DNA from: Minisyncoccota bacterium
GTDB lineage: Bacteria; Patescibacteriota; Minisyncoccia; Phycocordibacterales; Phycocordibacteraceae
DNA: 64,000 bases
Assembly: GCA_028695415.1 (NCBI GenBank)
Contig: JAQVIY010000003.1
Location: forward strand, 47,132-111,131
Reading direction: 5' to 3'
The notes beneath the pieces were generated by a model. That model ran no database searches. It saw only the letters and a list, made by a program, of their open reading frames with translations, and was not told the origin of the DNA. The position numbers and the translations under genes are program-made. Shown one piece after another: positions 37,536-46,970 of this stretch (the stretch's first letter is position 1; the number at the start of each line of letters is the position of its first letter).

Positions 37536-38666
37536 ATGGATACTAAGAAAATATTGGCGGCATATAAGAAGCAGGGGGCGCGGGTAGAGACGAAAGCGCG
37601 GGTGAAGCTCACCGAGAAGAAGGACTTTTCGCTCTGGTACACGCCAGGCGTTGGTGTCGCTTCGCTCCACTTAGCGAAACATCCGAAGGACGCGCGACTG
37701 ATGTCAGTGAAGAAGAACAGCGTCGCTATCGTTTCTGACGGCTCTGCGGTACTCGGGCTCGGCAACATCGGCCCGTATGGCGCACTGCCGGTTATGGAGG
37801 GCAAGGCGCTCATATTTAAGGAGAAGGGAGGAGTGGACGCGTGGCCTTTGGTGCTCGATACTCATGACCCCGATGAAATAGTGCGCATTGTGAAGGCAAT
37901 CTCGCCGAACTTCGGCGGTATCAACCTTGAGGACATCAAAGCGCCCGAATGTTTTGACATCGAGAAGCGACTCACCGAAGAGCTTGATATCCCTGTGATG
38001 CACGATGATCAGCACGGTACGGCGATAGTGGTGCTCGCAGGGCTTATAAACGCTGCGAAGGTGGTGAAGAAGCCCTTCGGCAAGCTCAGAATAGTGATAA
38101 GCGGCGCGGGTGCCGCCGGCACCGCCGTCGCGAAGCTTCTCCTCGCCGCGGGAGCACGAGACATCATCCTCCTCGATCGTGCCGGCGCGATCTTTAGGGG
38201 TCGCGCGGGGCTCACGTCGCACAAAGCTGAGCTCGCCGAACTCACCAATCCGCGCAGGGAGGCCGGCGGCCTCGCCGAAGCGATGCGCGGGGCCGATGTG
38301 TTCATTGGCGTATCGGGCAAAGGGCTCTTGAAGGCCGAGCAGGTGGCGAGTATGGCGCCGGGCGCTATTGTCTTCGCTCTTGCGAACCCCGACCCGGAGA
38401 TACTGCCCGACGAAGCCTGGCGCGCGGGTGCTGAAGTCGTCGGCACAGGACGAAGCGACTTTCCGAATCAGATCAACAACGCGCTCGTCTTCCCGGGTAT
38501 CTTCCGCGGTGCGCTTGATACGGGGGTGAAGAAGATAACCACTGCGACCAAGCTTCGCGCCGCTAAGGCGCTCGCGGCGCTCATTACGAAGCCCTCTCCC
38601 GAGAAAGTAATCCCCGACCTCCTTGACCCGCGCGTGGTCAAGGCTGTCGCCGGCGCGGTACGTTAG
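37536..38666 (+). CDS. NAD(P)-dependent malic enzyme (short MaeB-type)
   Basis: GVGVASLHLAKHPKDAR, VVSDGSAVLGLGNIGP, ISGAGAAGTAVAKLL NAD-binding motif. 376 aa. Confidence 0.85.
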   Translation: MDTKKILAAYKKQGARVETKARVKLTEKKDFSLWYTPGVGVASLHLAKHPKDARLMSVKKNSVAIVSDGSAVLGLGNIGPYGALPVMEGKALIFKEKGGVDAWPLVLDTHDPDEIVRIVKAISPNFGGINLEDIKAPECFDIEKRLTEELDIPVMHDDQHGTAIVVLAGLINAAKVVKKPFGKLRIVISGAGAAGTAVAKLLLAAGARDIILLDRAGAIFRGRAGLTSHKAELAELTNPRREAGGLAEAMRGADVFIGVSGKGLLKAEQVASMAPGAIVFALANPDPEILPDEAWRAGAEVVGTGRSDFPNQINNALVFPGIFRGALDTGVKKITTATKLRAAKALAALITKPSPEKVIPDLLDPRVVKAVAGAVR

Positions 38667-38733
38667 CGGCTGATGACAGAATCATAAGCACTGTATAGTA
38701 TATGGTATAGGAATACGTACCTTGAGCCGGTGT

Positions 38734-38788
38734 GTTCGCCACAGCAGAAAGGGGTTTAGCCGCTAGGCTCTTTTCTGCTGTGGCGAAC
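38734..38788 (+). promoter_or_regulatory. 17-bp perfect inverted repeat (21-nt loop) in the 5' leader of the downstream gene
   Basis: GTTCGCCACAGCAGAAA ... TTTCTGCTGTGGCGAAC. Ends 52 nt before the ATG at 38840. Preceded by an AT-rich TATAGT/TATGGT region. Confidence 0.4.
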
Positions 38789-38839
38789 CGGATTGCCGGA
38801 GAGCTGAACAGCACGAAACTGTTACGACGGAGGTTTGCT

Positions 38840-39331
38840 ATGAGTGAGTCTGTCACCGATATCGTCCATGTCGACCGTTCGGTTCCTCCGGTGTATCCGG
38901 GCTTGGTCAGGGACGTGCTCCATCCTGAGCTCGAACTGACCGGCCCTGCCGACTATCTGCTCAACAACCTGACACGGTACCGCTATGGTGCCCAAAAGAC
39001 CTACGGACAGGAGTTAGGCACAACGATCTACAAGCACCTCAAGGAAACCAACCGGCTTCCTAGTTGTCTCGGTCTCGCCGACCTTCAAACGATCCAGAAG
39101 TTTGACCTCGACGTGTTTCGGCGGTACTTCGCCGGTGAGGAGGTGCCCGGATGGAAGTCAGCCGTTCGAGACCTCAACGGTAACCGTGTCGTTCCGTACC
39201 TTATCGAGCGTCATGTCGGGGTGGTGCTGGAGTGGGGTTGGTTCGGCGGCAGATGGGGCAGTAACGGCCCCGCGTTCCGCTTCGCTTTGTACGTTAGAGC
39301 TTCATCCTCGAAGACTTTGCTCGCGCTCTGA
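38840..39331 (+). CDS. hypothetical protein
   Basis: GGAGG RBS 8 nt upstream. 163 aa, no recognised motifs. The longer ORF from 38732 overlaps the leader hairpin. Confidence 0.45.
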   Translation: MSESVTDIVHVDRSVPPVYPGLVRDVLHPELELTGPADYLLNNLTRYRYGAQKTYGQELGTTIYKHLKETNRLPSCLGLADLQTIQKFDLDVFRRYFAGEEVPGWKSAVRDLNGNRVVPYLIERHVGVVLEWGWFGGRWGSNGPAFRFALYVRASSSKTLLAL

Positions 39332-39470
39332 ATTTCTTATCTTCCCGCCCTGCATGGCAACATGCGGGGCGTTTTCATGTACCGCTACCGAGATGGTAGC
39401 AGGCGAGTACGAGGGAGATTGCCGCTCTTGCTCTTTTTTGCAAAATCGGGTGCGGTGATATACTCAAGGC

Positions 39471-40031
39471 ATGTCTACTACAACCATTGTTCTTGTCGTC
39501 TTAGCCGTAATCGTGCTCTGGGCTGTTTTTGCCTTCAACCGCCTTGTTTCCTTGGTAAATCAGGCGAAAGAGGCATGGGCGGATATCGCCGTACAATTGA
39601 AACGCCGGTATGACCTTATCCCGAATCTCGTCGAGACGGTGAAGGGGTACGCGACGCATGAATCGAGTGCGTTTGAAAATGTGACTCGTGCGCGTGCTGC
39701 GGCGATGGGTGCGACCGGCACGGCCGATAAAGCGCAGGCTGAGAACCAGCTCTCGGGTGCTCTGAAGTCGCTCTTCGCCGTTTCTGAAGCGTATCCGGAC
39801 TTGAAAGCGAATCAGAACTTCCTCCAGCTCCAGAGAGAGCTCGGCGACACCGAAGATAAGATTCAGGCCGCGCGCCGCTTCTACAATACGACCGTGATGA
39901 CCCTCAATACGGCAGAGCAGTCGTTCCCAGGCAATCTGATCGCCTCCTCCTTCGGATTCAAGCCGATGGATCTCTTCGAGCTCACTGCCGCCGATGCCGC
40001 CGCTGCTGAGCCGGTGCAGGTGCGATTCTAA
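39471..40031 (+). CDS. lemA: LemA family protein
   Basis: N-terminal TM anchor plus a conserved LemA core (NRLV...AWADIAVQLKRRYDLIPNLVETVKGYA...RFYNTTV). Confidence 0.85.
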   Translation: MSTTTIVLVVLAVIVLWAVFAFNRLVSLVNQAKEAWADIAVQLKRRYDLIPNLVETVKGYATHESSAFENVTRARAAAMGATGTADKAQAENQLSGALKSLFAVSEAYPDLKANQNFLQLQRELGDTEDKIQAARRFYNTTVMTLNTAEQSFPGNLIASSFGFKPMDLFELTAADAAAAEPVQVRF

Positions 40032-40041
40032 CTCGTACGTT

Positions 40042-40698
40042 ATGGTATCGTATGAAAGAACCAGAAAGGAGACTCCTGAGTCAGGCGAAGGACACGAGGT
40101 CTTAGAAGAAAAGATACGAGCGCTCGAGACCGAGAACGCGCTTCTGGAGTGGCATATTGAATACCTTGAAGAACAGCGAGGCATCGATACTCTGACGGGC
40201 GCAAAGAATCTCGGATTTTTCAAAAACGAACTCGAACAGGTTCTCAAGTTTGTCAGCGGAGAGGTAAAAGAAAAACGAATCGGAGCCGAATCGCTCGAAA
40301 AGGTCGTTCTTGTATATGTTGACCTCGATCACTTCAAAAATATCAATGACACCCTTGGTCACCCGACAGGAGATATGGTTCTCCAGAAGGTCTCCGCGGC
40401 TCTCATAGATTCTGTCCGCAGGTCTGATGTCGTGGCGCGCATTGGGGGAGAGGAGTTCGCGATACTGATGCGGAACACAGAGATAGAAGAAGCTCGAGAA
40501 CATATGGAGAAGCTCCGAGCGGAGATAGAACAGATGACCTTTGATGAATACCCCGACCTGAAGGTTACCGCGAGCTTCGGGATTACCTCCTCTGACACGA
40601 CAGACAACGCAGAAACTCTGCGGGCTGTTGCCGACAAAGCGCTTTATGCGGCAAAGCACGGCGGGCGGAATCAGGTTGTCGTACAGGAAGGGGAGTGA
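40042..40698 (+). CDS. GGDEF-domain diguanylate cyclase with N-terminal coiled coil
   Basis: RIGGEEF active-site motif. DLDHFKNINDTLGH. About 218 aa. Confidence 0.85.
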   Translation: MVSYERTRKETPESGEGHEVLEEKIRALETENALLEWHIEYLEEQRGIDTLTGAKNLGFFKNELEQVLKFVSGEVKEKRIGAESLEKVVLVYVDLDHFKNINDTLGHPTGDMVLQKVSAALIDSVRRSDVVARIGGEEFAILMRNTEIEEAREHMEKLRAEIEQMTFDEYPDLKVTASFGITSSDTTDNAETLRAVADKALYAAKHGGRNQVVVQEGE

Positions 40699-40712
40699 TA
40701 TCTCATCACGTA

Positions 40713-41615
40713 ATGAATCTCTACGAACAACGTTCAAGCAACATTCGCCGCACTTGGGCGCTCGTGCTCGGATTTCTCATCCTCGTTATTGCGATCGGCT
40801 ATGCTATCGCGTGGTATTACGGAAATCCGTTCATCCTGTATGTCGCGGTGTTCATCGCCTTTGCGACCAACTTCTACGCATACTGGGAGAGTGATAAGCT
40901 CGTACTTTCGCTGAGTCACGCGCGGCCGGCGACTCGTGAGGAGTTCTTCGATCTCTATACCGTTACCGAGAATCTCGCGATAACGGCGGGACTGCCGAAG
41001 CCGAAGCTCTTCGTGATAGACGACCCGGCACCAAACGCCTTCGCCACCGGCCGCGACGAGAATCACGCGGTCGTCTGCGCGACGACGGGACTCCTCGCGA
41101 TGCTCTCTCGCGCGGAGCTCGAGGGCGTAATTGCGCACGAGCTCTCACATATCAAGAATCGCGACATCCTGCTTATGACTATCGCCGTGGTGCTCGCGGG
41201 ATTCGTCGCTATCGTCGCGGACATCTTCCTCCGCATGTCGCTTTTTGGCGGAGGGCGAGACAACGATAAGCAGGGGAACGCGCTTATCATGATTCTCGCG
41301 GTGGTCGGCATCGTGCTTGCGCCTATCGCGGCGAAGCTCCTTCAGATGGCGGTCTCGCGCCGACGCGAATTCCTCGCTGATGCCTCGGGGGTGCTCCTCA
41401 CGCGCTACCCAGAGGGACTCGCCTCCGCGCTCACGAAGATAAGCGGAGCGAATATCCCGATGCGCCACGCCTCGCACGCGACCGCGCATCTCTTTATCGA
41501 TGAGCCGTTTGGCAAAGCCGAGGGGAGCAAGCTCGCGTGGGTTGAGGGCCTGTTCGCGACCCATCCCCCGATACACGAACGAATCCAAGCGCTTCTCTCT
41601 AAACAGCAGGCATAA
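40713..41615 (+). CDS. htpX: zinc metalloprotease HtpX
   Basis: HELSHIKNRD HExxH motif. Four TM segments. LFATHPPIHERI C-terminal motif. Confidence 0.9.
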   Translation: MNLYEQRSSNIRRTWALVLGFLILVIAIGYAIAWYYGNPFILYVAVFIAFATNFYAYWESDKLVLSLSHARPATREEFFDLYTVTENLAITAGLPKPKLFVIDDPAPNAFATGRDENHAVVCATTGLLAMLSRAELEGVIAHELSHIKNRDILLMTIAVVLAGFVAIVADIFLRMSLFGGGRDNDKQGNALIMILAVVGIVLAPIAAKLLQMAVSRRREFLADASGVLLTRYPEGLASALTKISGANIPMRHASHATAHLFIDEPFGKAEGSKLAWVEGLFATHPPIHERIQALLSKQQA

Positions 41616-41651
41616 AATATATTTTTCTGCTATAACACTTCCATACGCTAT

Positions 41652-41738
41652 GGAGGCGTCGGATAGTGGTTTATTCCACCACCTTGGAAAGGTGGCATGG
41701 TCGAAAGGCCATCGAGAGTTCGAATCTCTCCGCCTCCG
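41652..41738 (+). tRNA. tRNA-Ser (anticodon GGA), class II with long variable arm
   Basis: Acceptor GGAGGCG/CGCCTCC, anticodon stem-loop CCACC-TTGGAAA-GGTGG, variable arm ATGGTC-GAAA-GGCCAT, T-arm GAGAG-TTCGAAT-CTCTC, discriminator G. Confidence 0.8.
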
Positions 41739-41771
41739 CAAATGAATCCGTCGCAAGGCGGATTTTCATTT

Positions 41772-41950
41772 GCGGAGGCGAGCAATGTGCCTGCGCGCAT
41801 TGCGGGAGAGATTCGAAGACCTTGAGCCTGTCGTAGCGAGCCGGAGGCGAAGCGAGATGCGAAAGGTGTACTGAAACTGTAAGTTTCGAAAAGCGTAATC
41901 GCGGTCTCTCCGCCTGAAGTTTTTAGTATCGGACTGACCCGAGAGCATTA
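41772..41950 (+). repeat. copy A of an intergenic structured repeat with tRNA-Ser-like termini
   Basis: Shares blocks GCGGAGGCGAGCA, GGGAGATTCGAAGACCTTG, AAGGTGTAC and CTGTAAGTTTCGAAAAGCGTAATCGCGGTCTCTCCGCCT with copy B at 45997-46281. Copy-specific segments form different hairpins. Confidence 0.45.
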
Positions 41951-42059
41951 TTGTAAGCCGTTATTTGGAACGGTTCGAATCTCTTCGCGGTGCGATGGCG
42001 AAGGGATTCGAACTCCCACTCCACGAACCGCTTCGTAGGATACAATATAAAGAAGTACC

Positions 42060-43124
42060 ATGAAGAATCTTTTCATTCGTTCAAGACTCAATCCCATCAT
42101 TCGGCCGCAAGGCAGCGAATGGTGGAAAATCTACAATCCAGCGGCCGCTCTAGATGCTCAAGGTCGAGTACATCTTTTCCCTCGTGTAATGAAGCAGGAA
42201 GAGGATTGGCATTCGCGCATTGCACACGCGGTATCAAACGATGGTGAACGTTTTGAATGGGACAAAGAACCCATCTTGGTGCGACAAGAAAAAGATGAAA
42301 TGAGGGGGCTTGAAGACCCTCGCATAACACTCATTGACGGCACTTACTACATGACCTTTGCTGCTTACGATGGTAAGAAGGTCATGCTACATAGCGCAAC
42401 TGCCGAAGACCTTAATGGCCCTTGGCACCGGCGTGGCCCAATGGTGCCCGACTTCGACTTCTTCAAAAGTGGCGGCCGAATGGTGCGATGGGAGAAGGGC
42501 AAGCCAATCGAAAAGATGATCTCGAAGAGAGGTTCACATTGGTCAAAATCGGGTGCTCTCTTTCCTCAACGTATCGACGGCAAGCTCACGTTGCTCTTTG
42601 GAGAATTTTACATGTGGCTCGCTACGTCAGTGGATGGCGTGAAGTATGATGTCGAGACCGAACCGTTTCTGAAGCCGCGTAAAGGAACCTCCTATTTCGA
42701 CAACACCTTTATCGAGACAGGGCCACCACCCATTCTCACTGGAAAAGGGTGGCTGCTTCTCTATCACGGCATTGATGAAGCATTTCGGTATCAACTCGGG
42801 TTTGCGTTGCTGGATAAAGACAACCCGCGCGACATCCTCTACAGAAGCAGTGAGCCCATTTTCGGTCTGCACGAAGAGTACGAGGTCGGAGATGCCCTCA
42901 TCGACGTCATCAGTGGCGGTGTATCGGCCATGAGTAAGCTGAATGATGAAGAGTTGAAAACCTTCTACAAGAAAGCTCGAGAAGGAAATGTGATGCCGCA
43001 AGTAACTTTCTGTCCTGGCACAGTGCAAAAAGACGGGAATCTATGGCTCTATTATGGCGCGGGCGATACCTCAATTTGTACGGCTTGGGCGCCTCTGGAA
43101 GAAATTCTCAAGATTGCTTCCTAA
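42060..43124 (+). CDS. glycoside hydrolase family 130-like (beta-mannoside phosphorylase / DUF377 beta-propeller) protein
   Basis: 354 aa. N-terminal NPAAALDAQGRVHLFPRV, EDPRITLIDGTYYMTF, LLLYHGID, LWLYYGAGDT repeat blades typical of the GH130 fold. Confidence 0.65.
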   Translation: MKNLFIRSRLNPIIRPQGSEWWKIYNPAAALDAQGRVHLFPRVMKQEEDWHSRIAHAVSNDGERFEWDKEPILVRQEKDEMRGLEDPRITLIDGTYYMTFAAYDGKKVMLHSATAEDLNGPWHRRGPMVPDFDFFKSGGRMVRWEKGKPIEKMISKRGSHWSKSGALFPQRIDGKLTLLFGEFYMWLATSVDGVKYDVETEPFLKPRKGTSYFDNTFIETGPPPILTGKGWLLLYHGIDEAFRYQLGFALLDKDNPRDILYRSSEPIFGLHEEYEVGDALIDVISGGVSAMSKLNDEELKTFYKKAREGNVMPQVTFCPGTVQKDGNLWLYYGAGDTSICTAWAPLEEILKIAS

Positions 43125-43227
43125 AGATAGAACCCCGCCGAGATTCGAACTGAGCTGAGAAATAAAATCGCCATATTTTAAGCCATAGGCGAAGGTACGA
43201 CCCGAGAGCTTTCGTATCCCTTCGCCG

Positions 43228-43264
43228 CCGCCCGAAGTATTTAGTATCGGGGTGACCCGAGAGC
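43228..43264 (+). repeat. second copy of a 36-bp repeat CGCCYGAAGTWTTTAGTATCGGNNTGACCCGAGAGC (first copy 41915-41950)
   Basis: Near-identical to 41915-41950. The core TGACCCGAGAGC also occurs at 43199-43210 and 44642-44653. Confidence 0.5.
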
Positions 43265-43338
43265 CTTGTTTGGGACGCTGTCCGAAATCCGTCAAGCGGT
43301 GCCTTTTACGTTGAGCTATTTCAAGCTAAACTTTACGT

Positions 43339-43797
43339 ATGGATACTCGCATACAGGACTTGATTGATAACGCCACGAAGGAATCGAAGGGCATCTCTAT
43401 TTTAAATACTGCGGACCAGCTGGAGTCGTTCTATCTCTCAAACGTCGATAAGTATAAAGACTGGCGTGCCATCGCGAGTATCGAGGATTGGCTCCCGGTC
43501 AACCCAGAATTCCTTCAAGAATTCCGCAAGAAGTTGAGCGATAACGGAGTCGAGACTCGAGTTATCTTCAAAGAGAGCGGCCTCAAATATGAAGTTGCCG
43601 TTTTGCCACGTCGCCACGTAAAGGTCGTGCCCGATTCCTACAACTTCAAGAGCAGTATCGATATTCTCGACGACAAGATACTTATTATGAATCCCCACCA
43701 GACCGTCCTTGGTCTGGTTCTTGAGAGCAAAGTTCTTGTTGATGTATTCATCGACATGTTCGATATGCTCTGGAGCCAGCTCCCTGAAAATGCATAA
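43339..43797 (+). CDS. hypothetical protein
   Basis: 152 aa, AT-rich. Stop overlaps the start of the next gene (ATGCATAA). Confidence 0.4.
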   Translation: MDTRIQDLIDNATKESKGISILNTADQLESFYLSNVDKYKDWRAIASIEDWLPVNPEFLQEFRKKLSDNGVETRVIFKESGLKYEVAVLPRRHVKVVPDSYNFKSSIDILDDKILIMNPHQTVLGLVLESKVLVDVFIDMFDMLWSQLPENA

Positions 43798-44593
43798 CCC
43801 CATGCACGAATACGGAAAGGCAAATTGGGAGAAGCTGTGGGAACAGCTTGAGCAACAAGGAAATGTTGGGATCGATTACGTCATCAACCCATATCTATAT
43901 CCCCGCCTAGTTTCGCTTCTCGCAGATCGCCCGAAATCTCTTGCTGCTGACTTCGGATGCGGTACGAATCTTATGGGCATACAGCTCCTCTTTGGTTATG
44001 CGCCTTCCATCCCTGCCTTTGAAGGATTACAGAATGTAGATCAAGCTCGTTTCAACACGCTTCTATATGTCGGTATCGAGGGCTCACAGACTCTTGTCGA
44101 CCAAGCGAATCGCTATCTTTCCGACGTCGGGAATCCCCGCAACATCGGCACGGTACAGATGCATATAGGGAAGGACCTCGAAAAGCTTTTCGATGACAAT
44201 ACGCTCGATGTATGCACCTCTAGAAACTTTCTAATGCACCTATCGCTTGAAGATCTCAAGGTGCATATGCAATACGTGGCGGACGCACTTAAGCCTGGTG
44301 GTTCATATGTCTTTGCTACCTTGAATCCGGAATACGAACTCCTAAAAGCCGGAAGGCCTCTCGCCGAAGGCGAGCGCTACGAATTCTCGCATGGCGCTCA
44401 TGGTGAATACGGAACCTTTTACCACTACTACAAATCCCGCGAGTTTTACGAAAGCACAATCCAGAAAAGGTTCACCATCGAAGAGACCGTCTCTTGCGTA
44501 CCCAAAACGGATCGTTTTCAGAATAGCCATGAGCGCTACTACGATTCGAATATTCCCATGGCTTACGTTTACAGCCTTAAAGTCAAGAAGTAA
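43790..44593 (+). CDS. class I SAM-dependent methyltransferase
   Basis: Motif I AADFGCGTN and a post-I acidic residue. About 267 aa. Confidence 0.6.
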   Translation: MHNPMHEYGKANWEKLWEQLEQQGNVGIDYVINPYLYPRLVSLLADRPKSLAADFGCGTNLMGIQLLFGYAPSIPAFEGLQNVDQARFNTLLYVGIEGSQTLVDQANRYLSDVGNPRNIGTVQMHIGKDLEKLFDDNTLDVCTSRNFLMHLSLEDLKVHMQYVADALKPGGSYVFATLNPEYELLKAGRPLAEGERYEFSHGAHGEYGTFYHYYKSREFYESTIQKRFTIEETVSCVPKTDRFQNSHERYYDSNIPMAYVYSLKVKK

Positions 44594-44805
44594 TTCTTCT
44601 AACCAGGTCCGATTATGTATCTATCGCGTCTACCGATCCGTGACCCGAGAGCCTCGGATAGGTCGGTCAAGACGCGCTAGAATACCCTTATGAACCTTCA
44701 CCGCCGGGGTACTTAACCCGAGTAGCCCGCCAGTAGTTTTGTGGCTTAGATAAAGGTGTTTTAAAATACAGAGGCAGAGGGATTCGAACTTCGCCGTATT
44801 GCGCT

Positions 44806-45804
44806 ATGAAAATCCTAGAGAAATTTAATGAAACAAAAGGGCCGGGATATGCCGTTACGGTAGTACAAGAAGGCAAAGAAATTTCTCATCCAATCCATGG
44901 ATATGCTGATCTTGAGAATTCAGTTTTAATTTCTGAAGCTACCAACTTTCGTCTTGCTTCAGTCTCGAAGCAATTTATTGCGGTCGCTGTCCTCGTTTTG
45001 GTTCAGAACAAGAAGCTAGCTCTTGAGGATGGCTTGCGCACCTTCTTTCGAGATTTTCCTGACTATGGTAAAGATATAACCCTTTACCAGCTACTCACCC
45101 ACACTTCTGGATTACGAGATTACGAGTCTTTATCATCTGGAAACACTTCTTCCCAAGTCCATGACGAGGATGTGTTTGTTTTATTGAAAAATGAGAAGGG
45201 TGGATTATTTGAGCCGGGTGCAAAGTACAGCTATAGCAACGGGGGATATTGCCTTCTGCGTCTGATTATAGAAAAAGTCTCAGGCCAAGATATCGGAAGC
45301 TTCATGCGCGAGCGTATATTCCAACCTCTTGGAATGAATTCTACCGCGGTGAACTTTGAGGGTGAAAGTATTATTCCAGATCGAGCGTATGGGTATTCTC
45401 TACAGGAGAATGATCAATGGATTCGAACCGATCAAGACAAAACGAGCGCAACTATTGGGGATGGCGGTATTTATTCTTCCATTGTCGATATGCGGAAATG
45501 GGATCAGGTTTTATACACTGACATCATAATGGTACATAAGCACGTTCTCACTGATGAGGGAGAGGGAGTATATTATGGTTTCGGTCTTTGTCTAAAAGAG
45601 CATAACAACAGAAGGGTCGCATACCACGGCGGAAGCTCGATCGGATTTCAAACAGGAGTTTACTACCTATTGGATGAAAGGATGAGTGTCGTATTTCTTT
45701 CGAACAGGACTGGCGAAGAAGGGTCATCAATAGTTGAACAGCTTGCCGATGATTTTCTAGCGACTAATGTGTATAGAGATATACACGAAAGTAAACGATT
45801 ATAA
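44806..45804 (+). CDS. serine hydrolase of the beta-lactamase/penicillin-binding-protein fold
   Basis: SxxK active-site motif ASVSKQF. HTSGL motif. 332 aa. Confidence 0.75.
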   Translation: MKILEKFNETKGPGYAVTVVQEGKEISHPIHGYADLENSVLISEATNFRLASVSKQFIAVAVLVLVQNKKLALEDGLRTFFRDFPDYGKDITLYQLLTHTSGLRDYESLSSGNTSSQVHDEDVFVLLKNEKGGLFEPGAKYSYSNGGYCLLRLIIEKVSGQDIGSFMRERIFQPLGMNSTAVNFEGESIIPDRAYGYSLQENDQWIRTDQDKTSATIGDGGIYSSIVDMRKWDQVLYTDIIMVHKHVLTDEGEGVYYGFGLCLKEHNNRRVAYHGGSSIGFQTGVYYLLDERMSVVFLSNRTGEEGSSIVEQLADDFLATNVYRDIHESKRL

Positions 45805-45963
45805 ACGCAAATTCTCAGTAGACCCTTTGAGCAAAAGCTGGAATCTCGAATAAATCAGGCTTTTCTTGGTGAATTTGTATTAGTTTTCGTATAATCCTAT
45901 CAACATTGCTGTAGTTAAGCCGTTTCTTAGGTTCAAAGTTGTGCCAATCATCACCGCCGATAC

Positions 45964-45994
45964 AAAAAAGAGCGCCGTTGAGGCGCTTTTTTTG
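45964..45994 (+). terminator. rho-independent terminator
   Basis: AGCGCC-GTTGA-GGCGCT followed by TTTTTTT. Confidence 0.6.
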
Positions 45995-45996
45995 TC

Positions 45997-46281
45997 GGCG
46001 GAGGCGAGCACGCCTGGGAGGCGTGCGTGGGGGATTCGAAGACCTTGCGGATAATTCGCTTCTTTCTAGAAGCGAATTATCCGCAAGGTGTACGCCGAGA
46101 TTTTAAAGGAGCGGAGCGACTATAAAAATCCAAGTGCAGTTTCGAAGAAAGCTGCCTGAAGCTGTATGAGTACATACAGCTTCTTCGTTCGGCGCAAAAG
46201 AATGATCACCCCATCATTCTTTTGACCTCACTCATCGCTGTAAGTTTCGAAAAGCGTAATCGCGGTCTCTTCGCCTCCGCC
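45997..46281 (+). repeat. copy B of the structured repeat (carries an insertion of about 150 nt relative to copy A)
   Basis: Termini GGCGGAGGCGAG ... CTCTTCGCCTCCGCC are mutually complementary and resemble the tRNA-Ser acceptor/3' end. Internal blocks shared with copy A. Confidence 0.45.
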
Positions 46282-46391
46282 GGAGGTATTGACAGAGAGT
46301 TTTTATATATGTTAGTATAAGACGAGATTTATTTTTGGGCTATCGTGGCTCAACAACGGCACATTCCAAACTCAAAAACAGGAGACTAGAC

Positions 46392-46970
46392 ATGGTAGAA
46401 GGAAACTTGAAGGCGGCACTCGAAGCCGTCACTGCTAAGGATGCTCCGTGGGGAGCCTGTGTGCGTTTCCTTGACAGCATCGCCTCGCTCGAAGAGCTTG
46501 AGCAGCTCAAGAGTTTTGGCGGAGGTAAATGCTTCATAGATCTCGTTGGGTACTACGAGGAGAACCTTCGGCGATGGAACAATCCGCAGTTGCCCGAAGA
46601 CTTCGAGGAGCGGTATCCGTTGGTCGCTAAACGTCTGGACACATCCGAGAAGATTCGTATCTTCTTGCGTGGAGCAGCCTTCCGCGCCGTCGATCCTATG
46701 ACGATGGGCGATGTCTTCGAAGACATCCTTCGTCGGCACAAGAATGGCGAGAACAGAATCGTCTACCGAAGGTATCTCGGCGACCAGTGGTGTGACGCGC
46801 TGCGCATCGTTTATCACACCCAACTGCAAGCCTGGACGCTCACCGAGCTCCTCTTGCCCGAGGCGAAAAGCATGGGCATTTCCTCCAACGAAGGACTCTT
46901 CATCGACTGGCGGACGAAGGAGGAGAGAAAAGCGGTTGGCGGGCGCTGGCCGTTCTCAACCTCGACGTGA
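46392..46970 (+). CDS. hypothetical protein
   Basis: AGGAGA RBS then ATG. 192 aa, no recognised motifs. Confidence 0.4.
   Translation: MVEGNLKAALEAVTAKDAPWGACVRFLDSIASLEELEQLKSFGGGKCFIDLVGYYEENLRRWNNPQLPEDFEERYPLVAKRLDTSEKIRIFLRGAAFRAVDPMTMGDVFEDILRRHKNGENRIVYRRYLGDQWCDALRIVYHTQLQAWTLTELLLPEAKSMGISSNEGLFIDWRTKEERKAVGGRWPFSTST

Noticed and set aside
39428-39464. Sigma70-like promoter TTGCAA-15nt-TATACT upstream of lemA
   Set aside because: The spacer is only 15 nt and the -10 element ends 7 nt before the ATG. It may be real (leaderless) but is too weak to call from sequence alone.
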